64,000 bases of DNA from Desulfatiglandales bacterium (GCA_963662465.1 OY759599.1:5248001-5312000); one strand, 5' to 3'; counted from the first letter of the stretch, positions 45,743 through 56,345 are shown. Notes: a model not told the origin generated them from the letters alone. Numbers and translations: made by a program.

Positions 45743-45889
45743 ATGAAAGTCAATTGTCAGGAACATCGAAAAAGCATGGCGCTGCTGGGATTGCGGCTGC
45801 GCCTAAAGGAAACGACCCTCAACCCCAGGGAACGCCGGGAGATTGAAGAGCAGATTGCCACCCTTGAAAAGGAGCTGGAAATGGATTGA
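45743..45889 (+). CDS. 48-aa hypothetical helical protein (below the ORF-track size cutoff)
   Basis: MKVNCQEHRKSMALLGLRLRLKETTLNPRERREIEEQIATLEKELEMD*; fills the gap before the dtd stop. Confidence 0.6.
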   Translation: MKVNCQEHRKSMALLGLRLRLKETTLNPRERREIEEQIATLEKELEMD

Positions 45890-45893
45890 AGCG

Positions 45894-46343
45894 CTAAAAA
45901 GTCTTGGCGCTGTCCAGCATCAGGGTTACGGGACCGTCGTTAATGAGATGAACGTCCATCATTTCCTGAAACCTTCCCGTAGCCACGAAAACGCCCTTTT
46001 CTTTGAGCAATGCCACAAAACGCTCATAAAGCCTTCGGGCGATCGCCGGTTCCGCCGCCTTTACAAATGAAGGCCTGCGGCCTTTTCGGCAATCTCCCCA
46101 GAGGGTAAACTGAGAGACCACCAGCGCGGCGCCATTGGTATCCAGGAGCGAGAGATTCATGAGATCCTTTTCATCGGGAAAAATTCTCAGGTGAACGATT
46201 TTATTGACCAGATAATCACAGTCTTTTTCGGCATCATCCCGACCCACACCCAACAGGATCAGCAATCCCGGACCGATCTCTCCAACCACGCGTGCCTTGA
46301 CTTCTACCCTTGACTCCTTTACCCTCTGCACCACGGCTCTCAT
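45894..46343 (-). CDS. dtd: D-aminoacyl-tRNA deacylase
   Basis: [29 protein letters not shown]. Confidence 0.97.
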   Translation of the reverse strand: MRAVVQRVKESRVEVKARVVGEIGPGLLILLGVGRDDAEKDCDYLVNKIVHLRIFPDEKDLMNLSLLDTNGAALVVSQFTLWGDCRKGRRPSFVKAAEPAIARRLYERFVALLKEKGVFVATGRFQEMMDVHLINDGPVTLMLDSAKTF

Positions 46344-46406
46344 GGGTCATCTCCCTGTCCGGGCGACAGATTCGCCCCTCCAATTTTAATGGGTTCACAA
46401 TCTTCC

Positions 46407-47780
46407 ATGAAACCTTCACTGATTCTCATCAACCCCTGGATTTATGATTTTGCGGCCTATGACCTCTGGTCCAAACCCTTAGGCCTTCTTTACCTGGCCT
46501 CGGAACTCCGGCGAAAGGGTTTTGCCGTCCATCTCATGGATTGCATGGATGTGGATCATTCTGCAATGGTGGGACATTCATCCCTGAAACCGCCCAAGCG
46601 GCGACAATACGGCACTGGCAAATTCTGGCGTCAAATTGTTCCAACGCCCACGCCCCTTGAAAAAACCGAACGCCCTTACAGCCGCTACGGGATTCTGCCG
46701 GAGATGTTTGAGGAGGCCTTGAAACAAGTCAAAAATCCTTCGGCCATCCTGGTCACCTCGCTGATGACCTACTGGTATCCCGGGGTTCAGGAAGCGATCC
46801 GGCTAAGCAAAAAAGTACATCCCAACGTCCCGGTCGTCCTTGGCGGCATATACGCCAAGCTGTGCGAAGAACACGCCGTGCAGCATTCGGGGGCGGATAC
46901 AGTGGTTTCAAAGCAGGGCCTGCCCGCGGTATGCGACGTTCTTGAAAAAAACGGAATTGCCATCCCTCATGAACAGCCGGATGCGGCAATGCCCGCTTAT
47001 CCGGCCTTTGACCTGTTAAGCAAAATTCATTACATCTGCCTCATGACCTCCTCCGGTTGTCCCTTCCGGTGCCATTACTGCGCCAGCCACTTCCTGTTCC
47101 CGGAATTTATCCAAAGAGACCCCGGGGAAGTTCTGGAGGAGATCCTCTACTGGCACCGGAAATGGGGCATTCGGGATTTTGCTTTTTACGACGACGCGCT
47201 GCTGGTGTCGTCAGATACCCACATGGGGGTACTCCTTGAAAGGATTGCCCGTCTCGATCTCCCCATCCGGTTCCACACGCCCAATGCCATTCATGTGAGG
47301 GAAATCACCAAACCCATGGCAGAACTTCTTCACCGGACCGGATTTCAAACCATTCGCCTGGGGCTTGAAGCTTCGCCCCTTTTCAAACAGGGCGCCACGC
47401 GCTGGGATCTGGACAACAAGCTTTCAAAAGGCGATTTTGCCCATGCCATGGATCACTTGATGGGCGCCGGTTTCGACCCCAGGCAGATCGGCGCTTACAT
47501 CATGATGGGATTGCCGGGGCAGTCGCCCGATGCCGTCGCCGAAACCATCCGTTATGCGGATCAGCACGGCAGCATCCCGTACCTTTCGGAATACTCGCCC
47601 ATCCCCCATACGCGACTCTGGGAAAAGGCCGTTGCCTGCTCGGCCTATGACCTTTCATCGGAACCCCTGTTTCACAACAACTCGCTTCTCCCCTGCTGGG
47701 ATCATGCTCAAAAAAAAGAGATTCCCCGTTTAAAACGTCTGGTTTTTCAAGTTCGAGAGAAGTACCGGAACAACTCCTAA
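46407..47780 (+). CDS. B12-binding radical SAM protein
   Basis: LINPW...PLGLL, TSLMTYWYPG, LGGIYA, GCPFRCHYC. Confidence 0.9.
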   Translation: MKPSLILINPWIYDFAAYDLWSKPLGLLYLASELRRKGFAVHLMDCMDVDHSAMVGHSSLKPPKRRQYGTGKFWRQIVPTPTPLEKTERPYSRYGILPEMFEEALKQVKNPSAILVTSLMTYWYPGVQEAIRLSKKVHPNVPVVLGGIYAKLCEEHAVQHSGADTVVSKQGLPAVCDVLEKNGIAIPHEQPDAAMPAYPAFDLLSKIHYICLMTSSGCPFRCHYCASHFLFPEFIQRDPGEVLEEILYWHRKWGIRDFAFYDDALLVSSDTHMGVLLERIARLDLPIRFHTPNAIHVREITKPMAELLHRTGFQTIRLGLEASPLFKQGATRWDLDNKLSKGDFAHAMDHLMGAGFDPRQIGAYIMMGLPGQSPDAVAETIRYADQHGSIPYLSEYSPIPHTRLWEKAVACSAYDLSSEPLFHNNSLLPCWDHAQKKEIPRLKRLVFQVREKYRNNS

Positions 47781-48133
47781 AGCAACCCCTTTTCCCTCAA
47801 AACAGACATGGAACGATGCCCGATAGTGGTGACTTGGCTCAACGCCTGGGTGAGATGCACCACCGATTCGGGGGCTACACCGGAATCGATCATTACAACG
47901 GCCTTTTGAACGGTTTTATCAATATCATCCCAGGAGACATCTCCCGAGACGTTTTTCGCCAACTGGATTTCCTGGCGAATCATATCGATATTCATCTTGA
48001 TCACCTTCCGTGCCCCCTCCTTTTCGGACATAGGAAGCCCCGCAAGCAATTCGAGAGACTGAGACGTGCCGATAAGACTGGATTTTACCTTTTCACTTTG
48101 GGAAAAGGCGATAATGGCCTGATTGATTTCCAT
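47777..48133 (-). CDS. Hypothetical helical protein
   Basis: 118-aa ORF with AAGGAG SD. Confidence 0.7.
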   Translation of the reverse strand: MEINQAIIAFSQSEKVKSSLIGTSQSLELLAGLPMSEKEGARKVIKMNIDMIRQEIQLAKNVSGDVSWDDIDKTVQKAVVMIDSGVAPESVVHLTQALSQVTTIGHRSMSVLREKGLL

Positions 48134-48291
48134 GAATTATTTTCTCCTTATGGTCAAACGATTGTTCGTGGACAGTGCATTTTACCGGCCTCAGTTTTCC
48201 TCGGATGCCCCAAAAAGTCAACAATTTTATTGACATGCTCATAGGCCTGTGATAATAAATATAGTTTTTTATTTATCATGGGGTTCGTGCT

Positions 48292-48840
48292 ATGAAAGCA
48301 GGCATAATTCTAAATAAAGAAGATATTAACCAGCATATTCAGGGAATTGCAAACCAAATCGTTAGCAAACATAAATCCGCTAAAGAAATTGTTCTGATCG
48401 GCATTCGCACGGGCGGCGCCTTTCTGGCGGCGCGTCTTCAGAAAGCCTTGACCGGGTTAGGGGTAAAAACGCCGCTCCTGGGCATTCTGGATATTACCCT
48501 TTACCGTGACGACTGGACCAAAATCGGCGCCGCCCCCATCGTGGGAAAAACGGATTTGCCCTTTTCCGTTGACGGCAAGCTGGTGATTCTGGTGGATGAT
48601 GTGCTTTATACGGGAAGAACCGTCCGTGCCGCCATGGATGCACTGATGGATTACGGTCGACCCAAAAAGATCGAACTGGCCATTCTGGCGGACCGGGGAG
48701 ACGATAACCGGGAATTGCCCATTGCACCCAACTACAAGGGGGGGACGTGGAGTACGTCCGCGGAAGAAACCATCAATGTGTATCTGCAAGAAGCGGGGTT
48801 TAACGATTATGCGGCCATCGAAAAGAAAAAGGCTGCATAG
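48292..48840 (+). CDS. pyrR: Bifunctional pyr regulator / uracil phosphoribosyltransferase
   Basis: LIGIRTGG, LDITLYRDD, LVDDVLYTGRTVRAA, RELPI. Confidence 0.95.
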   Translation: MKAGIILNKEDINQHIQGIANQIVSKHKSAKEIVLIGIRTGGAFLAARLQKALTGLGVKTPLLGILDITLYRDDWTKIGAAPIVGKTDLPFSVDGKLVILVDDVLYTGRTVRAAMDALMDYGRPKKIELAILADRGDDNRELPIAPNYKGGTWSTSAEETINVYLQEAGFNDYAAIEKKKAA

Positions 48841-48865
48841 CGAAAAAAATTAAACGGAGATCTCC

Positions 48866-49264
48866 ATGCCCATCACGATTTCCATCAAAACAACGGAGCG
48901 GATTGATATGGTGGACATCACCCGCTTTGTGCAGCATGAAGTTGAAAAGGCAGGTGTAACCGACGGACTTTGCGTCGTGTATGTCCCTCACACCACGTCC
49001 GGCGTGACCATCAATGAAGGCGCTGATCCGGCGGTCTGCTCGGACATGATTACCAAATTGAAAGCACTGGTTCCCCCCAACGACGGCTACCGCCACATGG
49101 AAGGGAATTCCGACAGCCATATCAAGACATCTCTCATGGGCAGTTCGGTTACCGTGTTGGTGGAAGGCGGGCAGCTGGTTCTCGGAACCTGGCAGAAGAT
49201 ATTTTATTGTGAATTCGATGGTCCCCGATCGCGGAATTTTTTTGTCAAAGCGTTTAATTGCTGA
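48866..49264 (+). CDS. yjbQ: YjbQ/UPF0047 family protein
   Basis: PHTT.GVTINEGADP, HMEGNSDSHIK, LGTWQ.I...EFDGPR. Confidence 0.93.
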   Translation: MPITISIKTTERIDMVDITRFVQHEVEKAGVTDGLCVVYVPHTTSGVTINEGADPAVCSDMITKLKALVPPNDGYRHMEGNSDSHIKTSLMGSSVTVLVEGGQLVLGTWQKIFYCEFDGPRSRNFFVKAFNC

Positions 49265-49286
49265 CCTCTTTTTTTGAAAATACAAC

Positions 49287-49739
49287 TCAATCGCTCAAAT
49301 GTTTTTTTCTGACTTCGTACATCACGACCGCGGGAATGAAAAAGACGACATCGGCAATCATTTTGCCCACAAAGGTTCCCAATACGAATTCCCCCATCAC
49401 TTTCGGCATCAGGTACATGAAGAAGGGTCGAACCGCCAGAACATCCAAAATCTCCGACGGGCCAAATTCGATAATCAAATTTCGCAAATCCTTGAAATAA
49501 GCAACGAAACCATATCGCATCGCATGCTTCCGGTGGTGCTTCAGACTTTTTCTAACATCACTGTAGGCGATGATGCCATAAAAGCTGATGGATGCCATGG
49601 CGGACCCCACAAAGGCTGCCAGCACATTGTCCTCGGTGGTCCGGTTAATGAACCATGCCGTGGCCAGGGATAGAACGGTACTCAAAATCTCACCCACCAA
49701 ATATCGCCTAACCCATTCCTTTATTTTGATTTTCATCAT
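49287..49739 (-). CDS. Hypothetical membrane protein
   Basis: Hydrophobic segments; EFGPSEILD...RP, GK..AD motifs. Confidence 0.7.
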   Translation of the reverse strand: MMKIKIKEWVRRYLVGEILSTVLSLATAWFINRTTEDNVLAAFVGSAMASISFYGIIAYSDVRKSLKHHRKHAMRYGFVAYFKDLRNLIIEFGPSEILDVLAVRPFFMYLMPKVMGEFVLGTFVGKMIADVVFFIPAVVMYEVRKKHLSD

Positions 49740-49748
49740 CGTAAATGC

Positions 49749-51215
49749 TTATCCTTCATCCTTTTCCGCTGCCCTGATCCAGCCGGGTTTTCTCAGGGCA
49801 TATATTAAAAAGGAGGCGCCGCACATGATCAAAATGCCTAAAACCAGGAATGATTCATAAAACAGAAGGCTCCCGGTCTTCAGTTGAGACGGCGGGAAAA
49901 AACCGATGAACAGGGTAAACATGCCCCCTGAAAGTCCCAGCATCACCACCGCCCACATGCCGAAATTCCCACCGGGGATTCGGTAGGGCCGATGCGTGTC
50001 CGGCCGCTTGTATCGGAGGACCAGGGCGGACAGGAACATCAACAGGTACATGATCAAATAAAGTTGGGCCGTAAGGGCTGTGAGAATCCAGTAGGCGCTG
50101 CTCACCGTGGGCATCAACAGAAATACAAACACCAGGCCGCTAACCACCAGGGCTTGAAGAAACAGGATGTTCACGGGCACATCCCCATGGATCTTGCGCT
50201 GCAAAATGGGCGGGAGAAGACCGTGTCGAGCCGATACCAGCAATCCCTTGCTGGGGCCCAGAATCCAGGCAGACACTTCCCCAAGGGAACCCACCACCAT
50301 TAACAGCGCCACAACGGGCAGGAGCCATTCCAGATGGTAGACGGCAAAAAATTTCTCAAAGGCCTCCATCAGCCCCGCTACCAGGCTGATTTCCTTTTGG
50401 GGCACCACAAAGGCGATGGACAGGGAACCCAGAATAATGGCGGCCATGGAAACCAGCACTGACAGGAGAATGGCTTTTGGAAAAGACCGTTTGGGATTTT
50501 TGACCTGGGAGGCATGAGCCGCGGAAACCTCGATGCCGGAAACGATGACCAGGGCGCCGGCCAGAAACACAAGACTGTCCATGTCCCTGAAATCCGGAAC
50601 GAGAGATGCCGCCGAAAATTGGATTTGGGAGACATTTCCGGCCAAAACCCAGTTAAATCCCAGAAAAACGATGAGCCCCGTGATGATCAGAGTACTCACC
50701 ACCCCCAGGGTACTGATCCAGGCGGAGGTTTTCATTCCGTGGAGATTGGCAAAGGTCCCGCCCCAGTAAACCGCCAGCACCACCGTCAGGGTATAGAGTT
50801 TGTTTTCAGCCATTTCAGGGGAAAAGGCATAAGCCAGGGTTGCGGCAATAAAAGACAGCACAGTGGGAAACCAGATGACGTTTTCGCTCCATTGGAGCCA
50901 GATGGCGAGAAATGCCCACCGTTTCCCAAGGGCCTCATTAACCCAGATATACACGCCGCCATCTCCCTTTGGCGGCCATGTGGAAGCGAGTTCCGCCGTC
51001 ACCAGGGAAATGGGAATCAAAAAAAAGACCGCGGAAATGGCCATGAAGGAGATAGCGCGAAAGCCTTCTTCCGCCATGAGGGGGAGCCCCCTGACGCTGT
51101 AAATAATGGCCAGATTGATCATGACCAGGGAAATCCAGCCGATGGCGCCTTGCCCGGGCTGTTTCCGGTAATGACGTGCGTTATTCAGCAACAATAAACC
51201 AATCTCCCTTCTCAA
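49749..51215 (-). CDS. APC amino-acid permease (GadC-like antiporter)
   Basis: About 12 TM segments; SVRGLP, AELAS, GGVY.WV, GIEVSA, GPSKGL, RPYRIPGG; true start probably TTG near 51194. Confidence 0.92.
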   Translation of the reverse strand: MRREIGLLLLNNARHYRKQPGQGAIGWISLVMINLAIIYSVRGLPLMAEEGFRAISFMAISAVFFLIPISLVTAELASTWPPKGDGGVYIWVNEALGKRWAFLAIWLQWSENVIWFPTVLSFIAATLAYAFSPEMAENKLYTLTVVLAVYWGGTFANLHGMKTSAWISTLGVVSTLIITGLIVFLGFNWVLAGNVSQIQFSAASLVPDFRDMDSLVFLAGALVIVSGIEVSAAHASQVKNPKRSFPKAILLSVLVSMAAIILGSLSIAFVVPQKEISLVAGLMEAFEKFFAVYHLEWLLPVVALLMVVGSLGEVSAWILGPSKGLLVSARHGLLPPILQRKIHGDVPVNILFLQALVVSGLVFVFLLMPTVSSAYWILTALTAQLYLIMYLLMFLSALVLRYKRPDTHRPYRIPGGNFGMWAVVMLGLSGGMFTLFIGFFPPSQLKTGSLLFYESFLVLGILIMCGASFLIYALRKPGWIRAAEKDEG

Positions 51216-52035
51216 TTACGGCAGTATGCCGCCTTCCATCCTTTTGGTATGTCACTGAAAGCTGTTGGTTTTTTTCAGGGGTTGGGTCGCAGCCAAGATT
51301 GTCATCGTTCACCTGCATCCGGATGGATTCTTTTTGAACAAAGCCCCTTACATGGTCTGTGACGATTTTATTCGTACCGTCCCCCATGTATGTCGCTTTT
51401 AGGATTTCAAGTTTCCCGCCGGGTCGGTAACGGGACTTATGGGCATCGAAAGAGCCGGAGACAACAAACCAGTTGCCTTCGCTGATGGTCAGCGTATGCT
51501 CCCTGCCGTCTATCTTGCATACGATCATCAGTTTTTTTCCTTTACCCGGAGCCGGGTCGCCGCCGAGGTTCTCATTCGTCACCCGCATCCGGATGGCATC
51601 TATTTTGACAAAACTTTGCACATCACCGGTTACAATTCTGTAAGCGCCCTCATCATCGCCATATATGGCCTTTAAAATTTCAAGCTCACCGGTATGATAA
51701 GGCGGCGCATATTCATCGGACGTCCCTGTAACGATGAACCATCCCTGTTCTACAACGCTTCTACTGTATTGCTGACCGTCCTTCTCGTACAATACTAATA
51801 ATTTCTTTTGTCTCCCGGAGGCAGGATCACCCCCAAGGTTATTGTTCGTCACCTGCATTCGAATGCTGTCATCCAATACATAATTCTTTACCAGATGCGT
51901 CACATCGCTATATATGCCCTTTACACCGTATTTGGCTTCAATAATGTGGATTTTTCCATCTGCCAATGCCTCAAATGAAATCATGCTGAGCAAAGCCAGG
52001 ATGAGGCTTGTTATGGATCGTGCATATCTTTTCAT
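51181..52035 (-). CDS. Secreted protein with three tandem DUF3395/SUEL-lectin-like repeats
   Basis: Signal peptide (ALA-D); 3x I..A.YG...VT..V...V....I.M.V...NLG.DP.....K.L...DG. Confidence 0.75.
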   Translation of the reverse strand: MKRYARSITSLILALLSMISFEALADGKIHIIEAKYGVKGIYSDVTHLVKNYVLDDSIRMQVTNNNLGGDPASGRQKKLLVLYEKDGQQYSRSVVEQGWFIVTGTSDEYAPPYHTGELEILKAIYGDDEGAYRIVTGDVQSFVKIDAIRMRVTNENLGGDPAPGKGKKLMIVCKIDGREHTLTISEGNWFVVSGSFDAHKSRYRPGGKLEILKATYMGDGTNKIVTDHVRGFVQKESIRMQVNDDNLGCDPTPEKNQQLSVTYQKDGRRHTAVIEKGDWFIVAE

Positions 52036-52176
52036 ATCACCCATCATCATGGTTTAAACCTGCAATTTTGAATAGCCTTGACAAGGCGTTCAAGTTTACA
52101 TACATTCCGCTTAAAAAAAAAGCAGTTTTTAGTATTGAAAAATCTGCATGTAACGCACGGGATAAAAAAGCACTCA

Positions 52177-53799
52177 ATGCTGAAACCTTTTCTTCACCAC
52201 GCTTGTTCCAATGAGGTCCTCGAAGATACAGGATCAACAGGGAAAATTGAACTGGCGCTGATTCTCTTGTTTGCCTTTTCCATCAGAGCCTTCGCCTGCC
52301 AATATACTTACGTTATCAACCCTGATGGGGTATTCTATATTCATCAAGCCAGGGCCATCTATTATGGCCTGTGGGGGGATCTTACAAACTGCCGGATCTC
52401 CTTTGTTTCGAACTATCCTTTCTTCATCGCCGGAACCTATGCTTTGCTTAGAGATTGGATTGTTGCCGCCAAAGCGGTGTCGCTCATTTTCGGTGCAACC
52501 ACCCTGATCCCCCTCTATCTGCTGCTAAGACGTTTTTTGGCCCGGGATATCAGCCGATTAAGCATCCTGGCCTTTGCCCTGATTCCTGTTTTCGTCAGCC
52601 GAAGCGCAGATATTGTTCGAGACCCGGTTTCCTGGTTTTTTATTACCCTCGGTTTGTACTTCTTTGTAAAGTCAAATGACAACCCCCGATACCGTTTTCT
52701 TCTTTTCGTCAGCTGCCTCAGTTTTCTGACGGCCTCCTGGGCAAGAATTGAATGTATACTGTTTGTTTTTATATCCGGTTTTTACCTGCTTATCATGGCT
52801 CAAAAAAACCGTTTTCAAAGGCTTTGGTCTTTTTTATTGCCGTTTGCACTCCTATTGTCCGTCATTGTCATCATAGCATTCTCCTATGAATTGCCGATTG
52901 CGGATATGGTCCGGTTAAATGAAGTGGGAGAAAAGATATCGGCGCCTTTTAAAGCGTACAGCGATTTAAGACAAAGCCTGGCGCTATTGATGGAACAGCC
53001 TTTTGAACATAATGCGTTCGTACCTCATTTTCTGCACAAAGCGCGACATCTTGTATGGCTCATCGCCCTGGGAACCCTATTTAAATACATGCTTACCGCT
53101 TACTTCTATCCCTTCTTTTTATTGTTTCTGATGGGGCTTAAAAAATTTTGGCAGGGTATGAAAAAAGATCGAAATGCTCGCTATCTGTTTTTCATGGCTG
53201 TTTCCATATTTGCCCTGCTTTATGTACACGTCATTGATCGCTGGATGATGTTCGACCGTTTTTGGGGAACATTCATCATCCCCTCCTTTTTAGCTCTCGG
53301 TTTCGGTTTGGAAAAAGCCGTTGGATTTTTGAAAACAAGATGTAAAATCAATCACTCCAGCGCATTGGCAGTCCTTTGTCTTGTAATGTTAATGTGTGCC
53401 TTGCCAAAATGTCTTAAACCAAAAGCGGCGGATAAGCTGGTTTTCAAAGAGATTGGAACATTTATTGCCAACATTGAAAACAACCAGGAAAAAATAAGAA
53501 TCGCAAAATCTTTAAAAACACCTCATTGGGTTTCTTTCTATGCCAATTTGGATTTGGAAAGCGCTCCCTGCCCATCGTCCGATTGTAATTTTGAAATCGT
53601 TATCAACAAAGGTTACGAAAAATTTGTTCAGTCTTTAGAAGCCGAAAAAATCACCTATTTTTTATGGGAAGAGAAGAGTTGGCCAAAACATGGATTTGAC
53701 ATTTTAAAAGCACTGGATCATGGAAACTTTGAGGAGCTTGGCCGATGGAACCATCCCGATACCGGAGATCTCATCCTTTTTAAATTCAAAAATCAATAA
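52177..53799 (+). CDS. GT-C fold membrane glycosyltransferase (ArnT/PMT-like)
   Basis: INPDG..Y...A, YP, multiple TM segments, ARIE; likely start is ATG 52177. Confidence 0.75.
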   Translation: MLKPFLHHACSNEVLEDTGSTGKIELALILLFAFSIRAFACQYTYVINPDGVFYIHQARAIYYGLWGDLTNCRISFVSNYPFFIAGTYALLRDWIVAAKAVSLIFGATTLIPLYLLLRRFLARDISRLSILAFALIPVFVSRSADIVRDPVSWFFITLGLYFFVKSNDNPRYRFLLFVSCLSFLTASWARIECILFVFISGFYLLIMAQKNRFQRLWSFLLPFALLLSVIVIIAFSYELPIADMVRLNEVGEKISAPFKAYSDLRQSLALLMEQPFEHNAFVPHFLHKARHLVWLIALGTLFKYMLTAYFYPFFLLFLMGLKKFWQGMKKDRNARYLFFMAVSIFALLYVHVIDRWMMFDRFWGTFIIPSFLALGFGLEKAVGFLKTRCKINHSSALAVLCLVMLMCALPKCLKPKAADKLVFKEIGTFIANIENNQEKIRIAKSLKTPHWVSFYANLDLESAPCPSSDCNFEIVINKGYEKFVQSLEAEKITYFLWEEKSWPKHGFDILKALDHGNFEELGRWNHPDTGDLILFKFKNQ

Positions 53800-53822
53800 A
53801 ATTCAAATCACTACGGGTTTAT

Positions 53823-54632
53823 TTGGACATGGTCAGCATTGTTATATCCTTTTATGAACGGTTCACTTTCCTTAAAAATTGCCTAGACTGTTTATCTCTT
53901 TGTGAAAAGGATTTTGATGAAGTAATTGTAACGGATGACGGATCTTGCCATGAAACAATTATTTCGCTGAAAAAAATGATCGGACAATATCATTTTCCAA
54001 TCAAACATATTTGGCAGGAAAATAAAGGGTTCAGGCCCGCGGCGGCAAGAAACCGGGGAGCCCGGCACGCTAGGGGAGATTATTTGATTTTCCTGGATTG
54101 TGATTTTCTGGCATTGCCCCACACCATACAGAACCACTTGAAATTCGCAACACCAGGAAGATTTATTGCCGGCGGATATAAAGACATGGACGAAAAAACG
54201 ACATCGGAAGTTTTTCAAACGTCCATTACGGAAAAAGCGCTCAATATGTGGGACAAACGGTTTCCGGAAAAGCCCCTCATTAAAACACATCGCCGGTATA
54301 TAAAGCGCACTTTGCTGATGAGGCTTCATCTGGCGCCTTTTAAGAAACAATGTATGGGAGGGCATTTCTCCATATACAAAAAAGACCTGGAACGGGTAAA
54401 CGGTTATGATGAAAATTTTGTGGGATGGGGCGGTGAAGATGAAGACTTAGGCATCCGTCTGGTTCGGGCAGGCGTCTATTGCCGGTCAGCCATCCGCCAG
54501 GCAAAAGTGCTGCACATGTGGCACCCGCCCGCCATTAAAGATCGGCACTGGCAGAAAGGCCCTAATATTCAATATTTTAACCGAAAAGAAATTCCGATTT
54601 TTTGTGAAAACGGCCTTCAAAAACCAAGATGA
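53823..54632 (+). CDS. Glycosyltransferase family 2
   Basis: DDGS, AAARNRG, FLDCD, VNGYDE.F.GWGGEDEDL. Confidence 0.92.
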   Translation: MDMVSIVISFYERFTFLKNCLDCLSLCEKDFDEVIVTDDGSCHETIISLKKMIGQYHFPIKHIWQENKGFRPAAARNRGARHARGDYLIFLDCDFLALPHTIQNHLKFATPGRFIAGGYKDMDEKTTSEVFQTSITEKALNMWDKRFPEKPLIKTHRRYIKRTLLMRLHLAPFKKQCMGGHFSIYKKDLERVNGYDENFVGWGGEDEDLGIRLVRAGVYCRSAIRQAKVLHMWHPPAIKDRHWQKGPNIQYFNRKEIPIFCENGLQKPR

Positions 54633-56296
54633 AAAAATACACTCTATTTTCACGTGCCATCTTTTTTTTGATATTTGGATATCTTTTTCTTGGGGTAGCT
54701 CACATCGCAATACTTCCTCCATGGGAAGGTTTTGATGAAACAGCTCATTATTCGTATTTACAACAAATCGCGGACACACACAAAATGCCTCGCCAAAGCA
54801 CCGCATTTATCTCAAAAGATGTTGAAAACTATAGTCTTTTTGCTCCTATACCCTATAGCGGCGTTTCACCGGCAGAACGTAATGGAGGATTCACTTACAA
54901 GGGTTTTTTTGAATCACCTGATGAGGTTGTGAAAAGAGGCTATGAACATATTCACAAACCACCGATAAACCCAAGAACATATACTGAAGGCAATAGCCTC
55001 AATTGGCAATCACAGCATCCTCCTCTCTATTACCTTTTGCTTTGTCCGATTTATTTGTCAACAAAGCACCTAAGCTGGGGAGTGCAATTATTCATACTTC
55101 GTTTAACTTCCTATCTATTCGCCTGGTCAGCACTAATCATTGGATGCTTTATTTATCTTAACGGAATCTATTCAAATAGCTTCAAAATAGACGAAGGGAT
55201 ATATTATTGGATAACGCTTGGATTTGGTGTCTGGCCGATCCTTTTTCCAGCCTGGTTCCCCGAAATGTCCAGGATGGGTAATGATTCTTTGTGCGCCCTA
55301 ATCATGGCTTTAATCTGGGCTGTTTCTATACGTGCCGGCAATAAGGGCCTGTCTCTGGCGTATGCGTTTGCGATCGGATTACTTTTGGGCATGGGCTGTT
55401 TGACTAAATCTTTCTTTGTTCCTGTAACAGTTGGCGTTGTTGGTTTTTGGAGCATACGACAGTGGTCTTTAGAAGGAAAGAAAGATTTAATACCACTTCT
55501 TTTTCGCTTGTTCTTAATAATTTTAACAACTGCTTTAATTTCCGGTTGGTGGTATTTCATGAATTGGCATCAACACGGTGTAGCCCTTGGATCAGATGAG
55601 ATGATTCATTTGAAAAACGCCGGAGGCCTCTTAAAAAATCTCCTGCAAAATTTTTCTTTGAAGGCATGGTTAAGGGGACACGCAGCTTTTGCCACTACTT
55701 TTGCATGGTCTTGTACTTGGTCATACGCTAGACCGCAATACATTTATCTCGCACCGATGGCCTTTACAACAATCTTTGTTTCTACTGCTTACATAATTGC
55801 ACTTCGTAATTTTAAAATAACAGCGATTCCTTGGCTGCCGGCCTGGATTTATTTACCCGTTCTTTTAGGATTCAGCTACCACGTTTTATTGCGCATTGCC
55901 CTTACCGGTGAAGGCAGGGGAACCAGCGGTTATTATCTTCACTTTTTGGTTGTGCCTTTAGTCGTAGCTTTAGGCATTGGATTTGCTAAGTCATGGCATA
56001 AAAAGGGATTCAGGATAACCGCCTTTTTTTTATTGTGCTATAGTACTGTTTTTTCAGCAGCAATATCCTGGGCGCAAATTCTTCTTTTTTCAGGCATCTT
56101 ATTTAAAAACGGAAACTCTAAATTTTATCAAGCCACGGAAAGCATGCCGTCTCTGTTAGGGCTGCCTGATGCCTACAACCGCCTCAAAATAATCGCTTTC
56201 CCAAATTTGGGCATTTCAGCATTTTTTTTGGGTACAACTCTAATCGCAATCGGGCTTACATTCCTTTGGAAAAGTGGCATTGGGAGACATGAGTGA
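54629..56296 (+). CDS. DUF2142/GT-C-like membrane protein
   Basis: PPWEGFDETAHYSY, QHPPLYY, ND, LTK; visibly AT-rich. Confidence 0.75.
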   Translation: MKKYTLFSRAIFFLIFGYLFLGVAHIAILPPWEGFDETAHYSYLQQIADTHKMPRQSTAFISKDVENYSLFAPIPYSGVSPAERNGGFTYKGFFESPDEVVKRGYEHIHKPPINPRTYTEGNSLNWQSQHPPLYYLLLCPIYLSTKHLSWGVQLFILRLTSYLFAWSALIIGCFIYLNGIYSNSFKIDEGIYYWITLGFGVWPILFPAWFPEMSRMGNDSLCALIMALIWAVSIRAGNKGLSLAYAFAIGLLLGMGCLTKSFFVPVTVGVVGFWSIRQWSLEGKKDLIPLLFRLFLIILTTALISGWWYFMNWHQHGVALGSDEMIHLKNAGGLLKNLLQNFSLKAWLRGHAAFATTFAWSCTWSYARPQYIYLAPMAFTTIFVSTAYIIALRNFKITAIPWLPAWIYLPVLLGFSYHVLLRIALTGEGRGTSGYYLHFLVVPLVVALGIGFAKSWHKKGFRITAFFLLCYSTVFSAAISWAQILLFSGILFKNGNSKFYQATESMPSLLGLPDAYNRLKIIAFPNLGISAFFLGTTLIAIGLTFLWKSGIGRHE

Positions 56297-56345
56297 AGAC
56301 TGTTCTCGGATTAAAATAATGGGTTCAGATCATTTTGAAATATTT

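Noticed and set aside
48134..48291. PyrR-binding attenuator upstream of the orphan pyrR
   Set aside because: No AGUCCAGAGAGGC-like loop or terminator visible
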